From Vitrella brassicaformis CCMP3155 (lineage: Eukaryota > Protista > Chromerida), in assembly GCA_001179505.1 (NCBI GenBank), contig CDMY01000244.1, positions 86,762 through 150,761 on the forward strand: a stretch of 64,000 bases of DNA, given 5' to 3'. Position numbers and translations under genes: made by a program. Shown here one piece after another: positions 13,596-26,600 of this stretch. The notes below the pieces were generated by a model that saw only the letters and a list, made by a program, of their open reading frames with translations, was not told the DNA's origin and ran no database searches. The first letter of the stretch is position 1, and each line of letters starts with the position of its first letter.

Positions 13596-13649
13596 GGCAC
13601 GGTGTGAATGCGTCAGCCATACTTAGTTTAAAACCCACACATGCTCGAA
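13596..13649 (+). repeat. Dispersed repeat of about 55 bp, copy 2
   Basis: ggcacggtgtgaatgcgtcagccatacttagtttaaaacccacacatgctcgaa matches 10685-10741. Confidence 0.85.
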
Positions 13650-16004
13650 TTTGAAAAGAAGGGCGTGAACGGATGAAGCAAAAGGCCTGTTCCTCTCCAT
13701 CAGCAAACCGTGGCCGACCTCACTCAACACGAGACATGGACGAGACGACAAGACACTCCACTGACGGAGGAATCATCTGTGGTTGTTCTCGTGAGAAAAA
13801 TGTGACAAAGGTAAGCAAAGAGAGCGGTGCCCTGCGCTACGTATCAGTAGATAGATAGAAAGCAGCCAGCCATCATCGGCCAGCATTTGGTGACATACTG
13901 ACTGCACGTGAGTACTCATAGCTGGTGAGCTAGCCTGTCTGTCTGTCTCAGCTTTGTTGGCCTCCGGCGTTGGCATCCCAGCAGATGACTCAAGGAATCT
14001 ACCAAGAACCCTCAGCAGAAGACGTCAAAGCCGTAGACACGATACTAGTGCACCGTTCAATCGCAGACAGGGAGTGTTGGCGAGACGAACTACTCACCCT
14101 GTCGACACAACACGGTCATGCACTTTCAGGCATCGCGACAAGAACAAGCCATCGATCAGCACAGGGACGTCTCTCTCTCCAAGACAGTCACTGTACATAA
14201 AGATATCGACAAGACGGCGGATGGATGTGAGGAAAACGTCTGGGTGCCACATGTGTGTGCGCGCGCGTGCTGGTTCCCGAGCGACCACCCCACACAGCCC
14301 TTTAAAAGAACTGAATGAATGTCCACCGACGTGTCCGTCCGTCGTGAGGACGCAACAGGTCGGGTCGACCATTCACTGCTCAAAACGCATCCACACGCAC
14401 GCACGAGCGCACCTCAAAGTGCTCAAAGGGTCGACGAGTCCTCCCCATTCCTCCCTCCCTCACAGGCGCCCCCCCTTCCCCACATTCCCCACACTCACCC
14501 CCGCACCCGCAACCCTACGAAGAGAGCCAACCAAAGGCACGTGTTAACTGAACCATAGTAGCGGGCGAGAGCACACAGACACCATAGACACAGCGCCTCA
14601 CTTTGTGGCCCCGTGGGTGGGTCTGTGTGTCTGTCTCGCCATGTGTGCATCCATGCCTCGCACTCTATCTCTTCGTCTGTCTCCCTCCCCGGCCACAACG
14701 CGGCCCGCCAGTGAATTCAGTCAGTCCACATACGATCGATATCTATGGATCGTCGCGCGGCCTAGTCTCTCTCTGTGACGCAACTACAGAAGAAAAAAAG
14801 AGCGAGGGACGGTATCTGGGAATCGAGCTCCCCCGCGCGACTGTGCATTAACGTACTCAGCCAAGTCGTCTGTCGACGCACAACACAGCGACCGAGGGCA
14901 TCGCGTATGCATGACACACTCGTGTGAGTACATATCTTTGAGTGTGTCTGTCTGTGAGTGTATGTAACTTCGGCACAGCAAAAAAGAAGTGATCAGGAGG
15001 ATAGCCAATCAACAAGCCAGCCAGCCAGCCAGCTATAGAGATCGGATACTGGGTAACAAGGTGGGAAAAAGACCACGGAGCAAACAGAGAGGGAGCGTTA
15101 GGCATGCACATGAATGGCAGCAGGGCCAGTGCAACAGCATCGGCGTCGAGAAACAAGGGAGTCAAAGGCTCCCTTGCCCCACCCCCTTCAAAATGTCAGA
15201 AAACCCTTTCCCCCGTCCATCCCCACCCTGTCAAAACAACACAACGTTGACACAACAGCACACCCCATCCAACCCCTCATTCAATCAAAAACGCGGCGAT
15301 GCGTTGCAACGGGCCAATTCCCCCACCCGTCCTGTCTGCAGGACGGCAGCCAAACGCCCCCCCTCTCTCTCATCGTCACGAAAAGTCATGTTCTGTCTGT
15401 ACACACGGCTGGCACGTTTGGTGTCCGTGCTTTGCCCTGCCGGCTGGCTGGCTGTGGGTCGTGGTGCGTCCACGATTGGCTGTTGACTATAAGACTCTTC
15501 CGCTACCTACACACGCAAGAAAAAGCGCATCAATCACCGAAGACCGATGCATGACAAACAAACGATCGACAAGACGGGCAGCCAAGCCATGGTTAGTATG
15601 TACACAACGGATATGGAACAACCACACCGAGCGAGCCAGCCAGCCTCCCTCCCCCCAGCCCATCCTTACACGTACGTCAGACGTACACGCATTCATAGGC
15701 ATGAATCGGTCGAGGATTGCACGCAGATAGACAAGCTGGAAGGCGGGCAGCTGGGTGGGCAAGCAGGCACGCGGGCAGGTCACTCCATACGCATACACAG
15801 AGCAAATGTGTAGACGGACAGCACAGTCAGTCGAGCACGGTGTGCCCATGCATGAGCACTGCACGAACATGCATTGCACCAACGGACAGCCACGCAGGAC
15901 AACACAATACATACACACGCGTACAAAAGCAGCCAAATCCACATGGAATCGATCAGCCAGCCCCATACACACGCCTGGCACGCGCGTCATTCATTGATTA
16001 CGTA

Positions 16005-17383
16005 TCACCACCCGAAGGGCGGGTATTTGGGTGGCTGTTTGCCTGGGTGTAGCCACCGCCAGAGCAGCCACGAGACGACGGGCATGATGGTGTAGGCGAT
16101 GACGATCATCTCGATTGGCAGGATGATGGCCGTGCTGAGAGCGGAGTGGGTGCCCTGCTCGGCCAGAAACACACCCAGGGTCTCCGTGAAGAGCCACACA
16201 ATTGGAAACCATCCGATGAACAGAGCAAGCACCGTCTTCCACCTGACAATCAGAAAGGATCAGTGGAGTACTTTTGGGTTTTGTCTATCGTCTGCCTGTG
16301 TACCTGGGTGTGCTCTTGGGTTGGAACGGCGGGAAGACGATCCAGTCGTCGTGCGCCTTGGTGATGTCCACAGCCACGCGGTCGCAGAGGTGGTTCACAC
16401 GTGACATGAACGACGACAGCTCCTCGCTCTGCTCCCAACTGACGCATCAACACGACACACCACACATGGGTATGCTGTTTGCTGTGCCTGCATCTCATCC
16501 ATCTCTGCGTGTATGCTTGCATACCGTTTGAGGTTGCTGAGTCCGTGGAACTTGACGATGATGACGAACTCGTGCAACCCTTTCCGCTGGGGAACGATCA
16601 CAGTGAACCCTGCTTTGCACAGAACCAACATACGAGGTGCGAGAGAGAGGAGTTAAGGACCTCGTCGATGCGTGCGTGTCTTTCCTGACTCACCGGCGAA
16701 GCCAGGGAAGCCTCGTGCCTTCCGCTGGCAGATCGACAAGTGACGCACAAACTCCTCAGTCTTGGCCGCCTTCACGACCCTGATACAACATCCATAGATA
16801 CACAAGCGTCGGCCGCTCATCTCTTCCCGCCCGCATGCATCTCCTCGCTCTCACCTGCTGATGACTTTGGTGACGACGCCCTCATAGCTGAAGCTGATCT
16901 GTCGTCTCAGTGCGATTTCTTCCAGAGGGTAGTCCCACTTGCCACCAACACCAGCAGCAGCGGCCGCCGCATCCTTGTCCAGAAACCGACGCAGGAGCTT
17001 CCCAGACCGGGTGATGAGCTTCGGCACACGCTCCGCAAGATCCTTCTGACTCTGCAGCAACCACAACCACCGGCCATCACAAAATGAGTCGCGACCAATC
17101 AACCATCGTTTGTGCTGACCTTAAAGAATCGCCCAAGTGGTCTTGGCTGCTCCGGCGGCTTCAGTGTGTTGGACTGCTGCCCTCCTACTGTGGTGTGGTC
17201 AGAGGATGTGGCTGAGGAGGAGGCCTGTGAGTGGGTAGGGCTGGTGTCTTCATTGTTTTGCTGCTTCCATGCCGACGACACGATGGTTGTGGCCGACAAA
17301 ACAGCGTCTTGCTCGTCCGCTCCATCGGGACGCGGGTCGGGCAGTTGAAGCGCCGATGGGCGAGGAGTCGTGTCTGGCGTCAT
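16005..17383 (-). CDS. Antibiotic-biosynthesis-monooxygenase-like (dimeric alpha-beta barrel) domain plus two C-terminal TM helices; resembles the bacterial COG3224-type family
   Basis: Phase-consistent splicing gives VTKVISRVVKAAKTEEFVRHLSICQRKARGFPGFAGFTVIVPQRKGLHEFVIIVKFHGLSNLKRWEQSEELSSFM...DDWIVFPP...STPRWKTVLALFIGWFPIVWLF...IMPVVSWLLWRWLHP. The family was recognised from pattern memory, not from a search. The start codon is uncertain. Confidence 0.72.
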
Positions 17384-17733
17384 TTGATTGACTACAAAAT
17401 GCTGCAACCATGCGGTAGACGCCTGAATGACTTGAGACAACGGACCCAATTTTCTCAGCTCGCAGTTGGGCTGTCGCCGTCACTTTCGCAACGGACACCT
17501 TCTTCACAGACCTACACCTACAGGGTGTCGTGATCGACGACACCGCGTCGATACCGAGAAGGCTTTTGCTCACCGGCAGACAGTCAAAGGTATGCACTCC
17601 CTCACACACAGATGAAACAGGCGTCCAGGGTGATGGGCACGTGACAACAGTAGAGATTGCTTCATTCACTTTGTTTGCTTGGCTGTTTGCTTGTGATTGG
17701 TGCGGGTGTTTGTGTCAATGAATCAATCAATTG

Positions 17734-20700
17734 ATGAGTCAGTGCGTTGAGGACCCGTTGAGGATGAATATGAACGTCAGACGGGAGCAGTCAGGGCCGG
17801 GCGGGGACCATGGCAGGTTCCTGGAGCTGCTCAAGAAACAGATTGAAGCAAATCTCAAGACATCAAGTAATGACACACAGCACCTGATTGAGGCGATGCA
17901 TTCACTCACCACGGGAAGCACGGCTGTCTGTCATGTTGGGTGTGCTGTCTGTTCGTGTGTGTGTCAGCTCACGGCGAGCAGTCGGCTCCCATGACCAAAC
18001 GGGATATGTTCGACCTCAGCCAGTTCCAGGTCCGCACAGCCATTCCACCCACGTGTTTCCTTGCCACACACGGCTTGCTTGTCTGTGTGTGGTGCACAGG
18101 ATGAGTATGCGTTCGAGCACTCCATCTCGCAGTACGGCATTCAGGTCAAGTCGCTATATCACAACGCCAGCCCCGCCGTCCTCTACGAGCTGGCACTCAA
18201 GTACGAGGCCGGCTCGTACATCTCTGACACAGGGGCACTCATGTGCAGCTCCGGTCCGACGCAACAACACCCGCACGACACACACAGCCGTCCTGCCCTG
18301 CGCTGCCTGTGCCATTTGCCCGTGTGTGTTTGCGTGATGCAGGTGTGAAGACCGGTCGTTCGCCGCAGGACAAGCGTTTGGTGGAGGAGTCTACGAGCAG
18401 CGATGACGTGTGGTGGGGTCGCGTCAACATCAAGCTGAGCGAGGCCTCGTACGCCACCAACCGCGAGCGTGCCATCGACTACCTCAACCTGCAGGAGCGG
18501 CTCTACGTCGTCGATGCATTCGCCGGATGGGACCCTGAGTACCGCGTCAGGGTCCGTGAGCTGAATGAAGGACAGACGTACGGAGGACGCACGTCGGTGG
18601 CTCACTGTGTGTGTGTGTGTGTGTGTGTGTAGATTCGTGTGATAGCGTCGAGGGCGTACCATGCGCTGTTCATGCAAAACATGCTAGTCATGCCGACAAA
18701 AGAGGAACTCAAGGTGGGTGAGACAACAAATGCCAGATGGGCCGCTCGAGGAGCAGATGAATGATCGATGCTTTGTCTGTGTCTGTGTTGTATGTGTGTG
18801 TGTCTTTAGAACTTCGAGCCCGACTTCATCATCTACAACGCGGGCAGTTTCCCCGCCAACCGATACGCCGACGGCATCACGTCGCAAACGGCCGTGCTGC
18901 TCCACTTCGGCAGAGGTAACCACACACGCACACACACACACACACACACACACCGACACGAACAAGATCAGAGGTCGGCGTTCATTCACGTGTGACGTGT
19001 CCATTTACGTGTGTGTCAGGTGAGATGGTGTTGCTGGGTACGCAGTATGCGGGTGAGATGAAGAAGGGCGTCTTCACGCTCATGATGTATCTCATGCCCA
19101 AGATGGGGCAGCTGCCCCTGCACTCATCATGCAACGTTGGTACGCGCACGCATACGCACACAGGTGCACCCATGAATGCCGGACACACCTACGCCAACAC
19201 GCCATGGCTTGTCAGGTCCGGATGGCGATGTGACGCTGTTCTTCGGCCTGAGCGGCACGGGCAAGACAACACTCTCAGCGGACCCGCGGAGGTACACACA
19301 CTGACATACACTCACTCCACACCAACAACACGCCATGCATCGCTGTTCGTGCCTGGTGATTCTGTGGGTCATGGCCAGGAGTTTGATAGGTGACGACGAG
19401 CACGTGTGGACGGACACTGGTGTGTTCAACATTGAGGGCGGGTGCTACGCCAAGTGCATCGGGCTGAGCCACGAGAAGGAGCCTGAGATCTACGACGCCA
19501 TCCGCTTCGGTGCCGTCCTCGAGAACGTGTGCTTCGACATCGACCAGAGGAACCCGGACTACGACGACACGGGCGTCACTGGTGGGTGAGGGATGAAGGC
19601 AGCGCGGCGCATTGGGCAGAGGGAGAGGGGGGGTGGCTGGCCACACTCAGGTCGTGTATGCATATGCGTTCAGAGAATACTCGTGCGTGTTACCCGCTTC
19701 AGCACATCCCGAATGCCATCACCCCCGCAGTGACACAGACACACCCCACAAACATCATCCTGCTGGTGAGCGAGGGGAGGACAAACCGCATCAGGGCAAC
19801 ACATAACGATTTCGATTTTGTTGATTGCCTTTGTCGCCGTGTGTGTTTGTCAGACGTGTGATGCGTTTGGAGTGTTGCCGCCGATCGCCCGGCTGACGCC
19901 CGAGCAGGTCATGTACCACTTCATCAGCGGATACACCGCCAAAGTCGCGGGCACCGAGCAGGGCATTACCGAACCACAAGCCACTTTCTCTTCCTGCTTC
20001 GGCGCGCCATTCCTCGTCCGACACCCTATCGTCTATGCCGAGATGCTGGTACACACGCCAACAGAGAGAGAGAGGGAGGGGGGGCGGGGAAGCGAAAGGG
20101 AGGTGAATGGATGTGTCATGTGTGTGAGTGGTGTGAGCAGGCGGACAAGTTGAAGGCGCACAATGCGGCTGCGTGGCTGATCAACACGGGTTGGGTTGGG
20201 GGTGGGTACGGCAAGGGCAGCCGCATCAAGCTGCGGTACACACGCGCCATGATCGACGCCATACACGACAAGGCACTCGAGGACGTCGAATACGAGGTCA
20301 GTCAGGGGAGGCCTCGGCTGGCACAAGTTGGCCAACGATGGTGGAAAACAGGGATGTGCGTGTGTTGGTGAGTGTCGTTGCAGACGTCCCAGATCTTCAA
20401 TTTGTCGGTGCCCAAGCACGTCCCTAACGTGCCTGACGACGTCCTCATGCCGTCACGGTACAGGGGGGAAAAGAGACACGGTGCCGCTAGTGTCAGTGAA
20501 ACATATGCACGGTGTGTCTGTGCTTGTTTTGTCTCGTGTCAGGTCGTGGGCCAACAAGACCGAATACATGTGAGAACAGGCCACACACGGACAGAGAGAA
20601 AGAGGGGAGATGAATCGATTGGACGTGAGTATTCCCTTCTCGCGCTCAGGAAAGCGCTGTCTAAGTTGTCTCAGCTGTTCGTCAAGAACTTCGAGACATA

Positions 20701-21042
20701 CGCCGACCAGTGCCCACCAGAAGTGCAGGTACGTCTGTCTCCACACCGTGCCGTGCCCATACACTATTTATTACTCACACAAAACGACTCTGTCTTCCTC
20801 TGTCTGTCAATCAGCACGCGGGTCCGGTGACGTCTGGAAAGCTGCCCCATCCGCCTTCTAGCTCAGCCATGGCCCACCTCCAATCGCCTCAGCCCTCTCG
20901 TGGGGCCAGCCCCCGGGCAAACGAGACGGAGCCACACCCGGAGAACTTCCCCGAGGACATTTCCAAAGGTGGCAGGCTGGAGCTCACGGGCGTCGAGGGC
21001 GTCCTCAACGGCGTACACAAGACCAAGACGGAGGTCAAGTGA
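17734..21042 (+). CDS. pckA: Phosphoenolpyruvate carboxykinase (ATP)
   Basis: Motifs [106 protein letters not shown] and WLINTGW. The true 5' end is uncertain. Confidence 0.97.
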
Positions 21043-22666
21043 ATGGATGGCAGTGTCTGTCAATGGCCTGCCTGTTTCGTGTGTGCGTGTGCGTGCGTCC
21101 GTGTATTCGTGTGTTTGTGTGTTTGTGTGTGGTGAGGGGTAGAGCTCGTGGATGTGTGGCGTGTGCGCAAATGGGCGTGTGTCATGATTTCCGCGCGTGT
21201 CTGGCCGGTGTTTGCGGAAGGTTCTGTGGGGGGTGGCCTGCTGCGGGACACGGTGGCCAGCCAGTCGTGTCCCTGCAGTGGCTGAGCATCCCCAACAGCA
21301 CCCTACGTGAGCACCCAACCAAGACACACGCACCTGATCGAGGGCAGATTCTGCCCAGCTGCGAGGGAGGTGAAAAGTTGAACTGACGAGCGAGCGAGCG
21401 TCCTCAGCGAGAGGAAGGAAAGCAGCACACTGATTTTTCCGTCCAACTCTCCTCTCACGCGTGTACGTACGACAGACAGACATACAGAAGTAACTAACTA
21501 AGTGTCTTCCTTTTTCGACCGTGGCGTGCAAGGAAAGGGGTCGTCGTGGTGTCGTCGTTCTTACGTGAGATGAGAGTGGGGGAAGGGCATCATCTTGGGG
21601 AGGGGAGGGATGGGCCTTTGGCCCGTCCAGCACCGACCCGGGGTGATTTTTCGGCCCAGCAGGAGTGTGTAAGGATGGGTGGAAGGAGAGAGAACGATAA
21701 AGGGGGATCGAAAGAACAGCGTATCGTATTTTTTGGTGGGAGTATGGATCACCGACTTCAAGTGTGGTCGGTCGTCTGTCTTAATCAATCGTCGCTACTT
21801 ATCATGCCACGTAGTGTGGGGGAGGGGGGGGGGTGGGCGTATGTGTAGAGTAGAGTGGCTGGCTGGCTGACAGGACAACACAAATAAGACAGGCTGTGGC
21901 TTTCTCAGCAACAGGGGTGCTTCGGGCACGCAGGGCGCGGCAGAGGGAGGGAAAGGATCGTACACACACAGAGAGAGGGGAGGGGCAAACGCATTGACGC
22001 ACTTTCCTGTGAGTTGTGCACTGACGGCGACTGCATGGTGACGGCATCTCCAACGGGTTCTCAGTTTCATCGATTTGCACTTCACTGCAGACCGGCAATT
22101 CGAGAGCTAGAAGGGGACGTGTCGGATGCGGTTGCTCTCTGTGGTTGGAACGAACAATGGGATGAGATGAGAGGGCAGAAAGGGTGCTCCGAAGGACGCA
22201 CACGCCCATGCACAGACGTTGATGAGATGGCTGTCGTGTGCTTGGTACGATGTATGTATGAGCTATCTATGTCCACTTTTTTTCCACAAATGATCGATCG
22301 TGTTCGTTCGTCTGAGCAAAGGGCTGACTTGACTTCATTTATGCTTTGGTTGGTTTGCTGGTTGCCTTGGTGAACTTTGCTGGGTCCGCACCGACCGACC
22401 GCACAAGCAATCCTCATGAGCCCTCAGTAGCTAGACTAACCACACCACCATACAGCGAAGTTCGCTACAAAGCCGTACGTATCACAAGACGAAATGTGCA
22501 TCGCATCGATACTCTACCAGCAGGCAAGCGACGCATCGATGCCGGTGCCGAAGACCAGGCAGACACTCACTTCTTCCTTGTTCTCTCCCTCCTGTCCCTG
22601 CCGGCCTTTCTCTCTGCCGCCTGTGGGGGTCCGCTCCCCAGCGACATGGAGCGACCCACACCCAGA

Positions 22667-23531
22667 TCAGGCAGGTTGGTTCTCGGATACCTGTGAACCA
22701 CACAACGCATACCATACACCAGCCGTCGCCATGTGGTTGCTTTGGGAGGGTGGCCACTCACTTGAAGCAGTGCGTCTCGTTGAAAATGCGGAAGCTGAGA
22801 CACACAGCATCCATCAAGGGGAGATGCAGACAACAAACAGCAGTGGACATCACCACAGCAGTGACAAACTTACTGCTCCAGCATGGGCAAGTACTCGATC
22901 TGATCCTTAGGCCGCCATTCCTGCAAACACGCAGAGCAGAGGCGAATCAACTGCCGGCCAGTCGACTGGCGTGCAGTATCTCCCGTGTGCTGATGACTGA
23001 CTCTGTTTTGTTCTAGGCACTGTTTGTGCAGGCTGGCCTCCACACGACACTGCAGCATCCTCTTCCCGTGACCAGCAGTCCGATGGCTGCACACACACGG
23101 ACGATGACAACGACAGGCGCATCACGCCACACCCATACATATTGCAGGATGCATCTGTCTGCAGCAGTGCCTGCCGACAATCAGCTCACCCTCTTATGCA
23201 GTACAAGTAGTTCTTCCTGCAGTGCAACAAGACAAACAACACAGACCACACGAAAACAAGCAAACATTGTAGGCCCTCCCTTTCAGCGGTCCGGCACGGC
23301 CTGCCTGCCATGTGTGTCTGTCCGTGTCTGCCTGTCTGTCTGTCTGTCTGTCTGTCTGTCTGCCTACAGGGTCTTCATGCACGGGTGTTCATCTGAGGGG
23401 TCCCCCTCGCTGCGTTGGATGCGGGCGGTGATCGTCTTGCCCTGCCAGTGCTCGGGCTTCGGAAACGCCTGATACAACTCAAACACAGGCTGCAGCAGAC
23501 GATGCGAACGCCGCTTTGATGCGCCGTTCAT
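22667..23531 (-). CDS. Small (126 aa) twin CX9C (CHCH-like) protein, probably mitochondrial intermembrane space; 6 exons
   Basis: All five introns are GT-AG and phase-consistent (exons 23531-23368, 23216-23190, 23086-23002, then three short exons). Translation: MNGASKRRSHRLLQPVFELYQAFPKPEHWQGKTITARIQRSEGTPSDEHP-C-MKTLKNYLY-C-IRGHRTAGHGKRMLQ-C-RVEASLHKQ-C-LEQNREWRPKDQIEYLPMLEHFRIFNETHCFKVSENQPA*. Confidence 0.78.
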
Positions 23532-23571
23532 ACTCCCAGGGGTCTTCTCACATGCGAGCTTTAATCCCTAC

Positions 23572-23590
23572 ACCCCTAAGCCCTAAACCT
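23572..23590 (+). promoter_or_regulatory. Telo-box-like motif (CCCTAAGCCCTAAACC) in an 85-bp divergent promoter
   Basis: Lies between the ATGs at 23531 (-) and 23617 (+). A regulatory role is inferred. Confidence 0.45.
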
Positions 23591-23616
23591 CTCGTCTTGG
23601 GAGAAAGCAACTAACG

Positions 23617-26600
23617 ATGGAGCCCTCTGGAAGGGACCCTCCCACAGGCCACAGTGGCCATTCCCGTCGGTCCATTGCTTTCAAGGACTTCTCTGACATT
23701 TTGAGTTACCTCGCGTCACGTGTGCGCAGCATTGATCCGTGCGATGGGAGCTATGATGACCTGGAGGCCATCGAGAGCGATCTGCAGCAGCTGCAGCAAG
23801 CGCACATCACCCACCAGATCCTCAGACTGCGGGCCGGAGAGGCCATCGTGCTGCCGGGGAGAAACCAGAGGATTGCACCCGCTGACATGCCTGGTGAGAC
23901 GAGAGAGAGGGGGGAGGAGCTGATGGCTGTGTGTCTGGGAGGGAGGGAGGCAGCTGGATACATACGTCTGGTGACGACGCGACATCTGGTGCTCCCGTCT
24001 GTTGCGTGCGATGAATGTTGTCGATGCAGAGTTCCTGAGTTTGCTTCGTGCGGACCGTCTGCCTGTCTCACTGACCCACGTGGGCCTCAACGCGCTCCCC
24101 AATGGCCCTCCCTCGGACCTCACACTCTTCACACACAGCGGGGCCATGGCTGCCCCACCACCACCAGTGGCCCTCGAGGGCCCTCCAAGCGACAACCAGG
24201 AGCCGTCAGCCGTCAACTCACCCGTGCTGTCTGGCCGGCCGCCCAGCCGCCAGAGCAAGGTCGCATCAGCTGCGCCGGCACTCCCGCCTGTTCCCGCAGT
24301 CTCTGTGTTCAAACCGTCCAAGGCGCCGGTCAAGCGGAGTCTCTCCAACGAGAACGATGAGCGGAAGGAGAGCCAGGAAGACGCTGCTGCTGCAGCAGGG
24401 GGACCGGAGAGTGCGGCTAAGAGGATGCGCGCGGGCGATGTGGGCGTGTCGGCCTCGTCATCGGGTCGTCGAGTGATCAAGTCTGTGGATGATGACATCG
24501 ACGACGACGATGAGGTCATCCGGGGGTTCACCCTCAGCAAGGGGGTCAAGAAGGAGCGCGACCTACAGCAGCAACAGCAGCGAGAGCAGGCCGATACCAT
24601 CGACCAAGATTTGATTGGGATTGTGTCCTTGTCGCGCGACCGCGGCAAAGACAAGAAGGCCAAGAAGGCCGAGAGAAAGGAGGAGAGGGAGGGGGAGAGA
24701 GGGGAAGAGGTCGGCCGCGAGAGCAGGGGCAGCGTGGACGGCCAGCAGCAGACCAAGGCTGACGGTGGTGTCAAGATCATGAAGCTCAAGAAGGTCAAGA
24801 AGAAGAACCGCCTCAAGAAGAGTCCAGACCGACACAACGAGGGAGAGGCACTATCGGGTGGGTCGCGCACACGCACACGCACACGCACACACACACAGAA
24901 AAGACAGTCACCCGCCCTTCTCGCGTCTCTCTTTATTCTGTGTCAGGTTCGTCCAAGCCCTCTGTGTCACAGCCATCGTCCTCCCAGCCAACATCATCTC
25001 CCCCCAAGCCGGCAGCAGAGAATCCATCAACCATGAGTGTGTCTGGGCCGTCGCCCCCGCCCTCCTCGGAGAGACCCCCTCAGCCTCCCGTGCCCTCGTC
25101 AGAGAAGAAGTCGGTCTTCTCCCTGCCGCAGATCAAGCGCAAGGACAAGGACAGCAAAAAGAAAAAGAAACCCACTCCTGTCGTTGCAGTAGCAGCCACA
25201 GCCGCCACCACCACCACCACCAGCCACCACCAGGAGCCGGCACGCGTGCCCTCTCCCCCGCCCCCGCCGCCACCCAAGGACACATCGACCTCCCGTGCCA
25301 GCGATGCAGACCGCACTAATGACGACCGGGGCCGCGACTCGCCGCGCCGGCAGTTTCCGTGGTCGCGTGAGTCACGTGCATCACGGACGTCTTATCCGTG
25401 GGAGCGTGACCGTCGCGGGTCGTCCAACCGATGGGACAAACGGCACAGAGACCGAGACCGGTCGAAATCTCGCGACAGAGACCGCTACGACCGGCGTTAC
25501 TCGCGGAGCCCCAGGAGGGAGAGGTCGAGGGGCCGACGGGATCGTGACGAGAGGAGCCGCGAGAGGGACATGCGGCGGCGATCGAGAGACAAGGGGCGGT
25601 ATGACAGCAGGGAGAGGGACCGGTCGTGGGACAGGCGTCGTGATAGCAAAGAGAGGAGCCGTTCGAGGTCATCGGATTACCGACGCCGGACACAAGACAG
25701 CGGTGGGCCGTCCTCGCCTTCCCATGCCCCATACGAGGGCGACAACGACCGATCAAGACAGAGAGGTAACGCCGCCCACACACACGTGCCGTCTCGGCAT
25801 TCCGGCCTCATTCATTCATTGATGCTTTTGTCATATATCTGTCTGTGTGTGCAGATGTCTCGGTGGCCCTCGCTCCCTCTCCGACCCAGGAGATCGCCAG
25901 TCTGGTGCAGCAGCTGGCCCAACAGCAGCAGCAGAAACAGCAACAGCAGCGACAGGCTGCTGCTGCAGCCGCCGCGGCGGTCATCGCTGTTGCGGCAAGC
26001 AAGGCGGCCGTATCGCCTTCTGTGAGTCCTGTCAATGCACCCCCATCCCGCATTCCCGGGCTGTACTCAGCCGTCTCCCACCGAGTGGCGCCTGACGCCG
26101 TGTCGCCATCAGTGAGGGGACAGCCACCACCTCCCCCTCCCCCGCCCCCACCACCGCCTCCCCCTCCACCCCCTCCAGAGGACAAGCGCCCATATGGAAG
26201 GTGAGTGTGACCACACTCCCGCCGGGCTAACATGCATGTGTGGGTATGTGATGTGTCCTCAGGGGCAGGCGTGAGAGCTACGGCCCCCGAGGCGGTCGCC
26301 ACACGCGGCAGCATGGTGACCAAGGGCCCTCATCGTGGAACAGACACCACCGAGGGGTGCCGCGCAACCTTCCCAACCTCCAGCAAGTCTACCAGCAGCA
26401 GCAGGGGCCCTACCCGCCCCCCCAGCCGTCCCAGCCCCACTTCCCTCCACCTGTATTGATTCCACCGCCCTCAGCCCATCACGCGCCGCTGCGTCGTACC
26501 GACTCGGGTGCGTCAACTGGGCGCCGTCGCTCGTACTATCCTGAGAGGGAGATGGCTCCTCCCAGCAGCAAGCCGGCCGCCGCTCCGTCGTATACGATGC

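Noticed and set aside
21043-22660. Possible additional gene between PEPCK and the CX9C gene
   Set aside because: Only short, compositionally biased ORFs; consistent with convergent 3' UTRs.
23716-24894. 392-aa minus-strand ORF
   Set aside because: Antisense shadow of the low-complexity exon of the plus-strand RS-rich gene; the S/L/F-rich composition mirrors GAG/AAG codons.
26130-26180. Poly-Pro/poly-Gly tract as a separate element
   Set aside because: Part of the RS/Pro-rich coding exon; the Gly version is its antisense reading.
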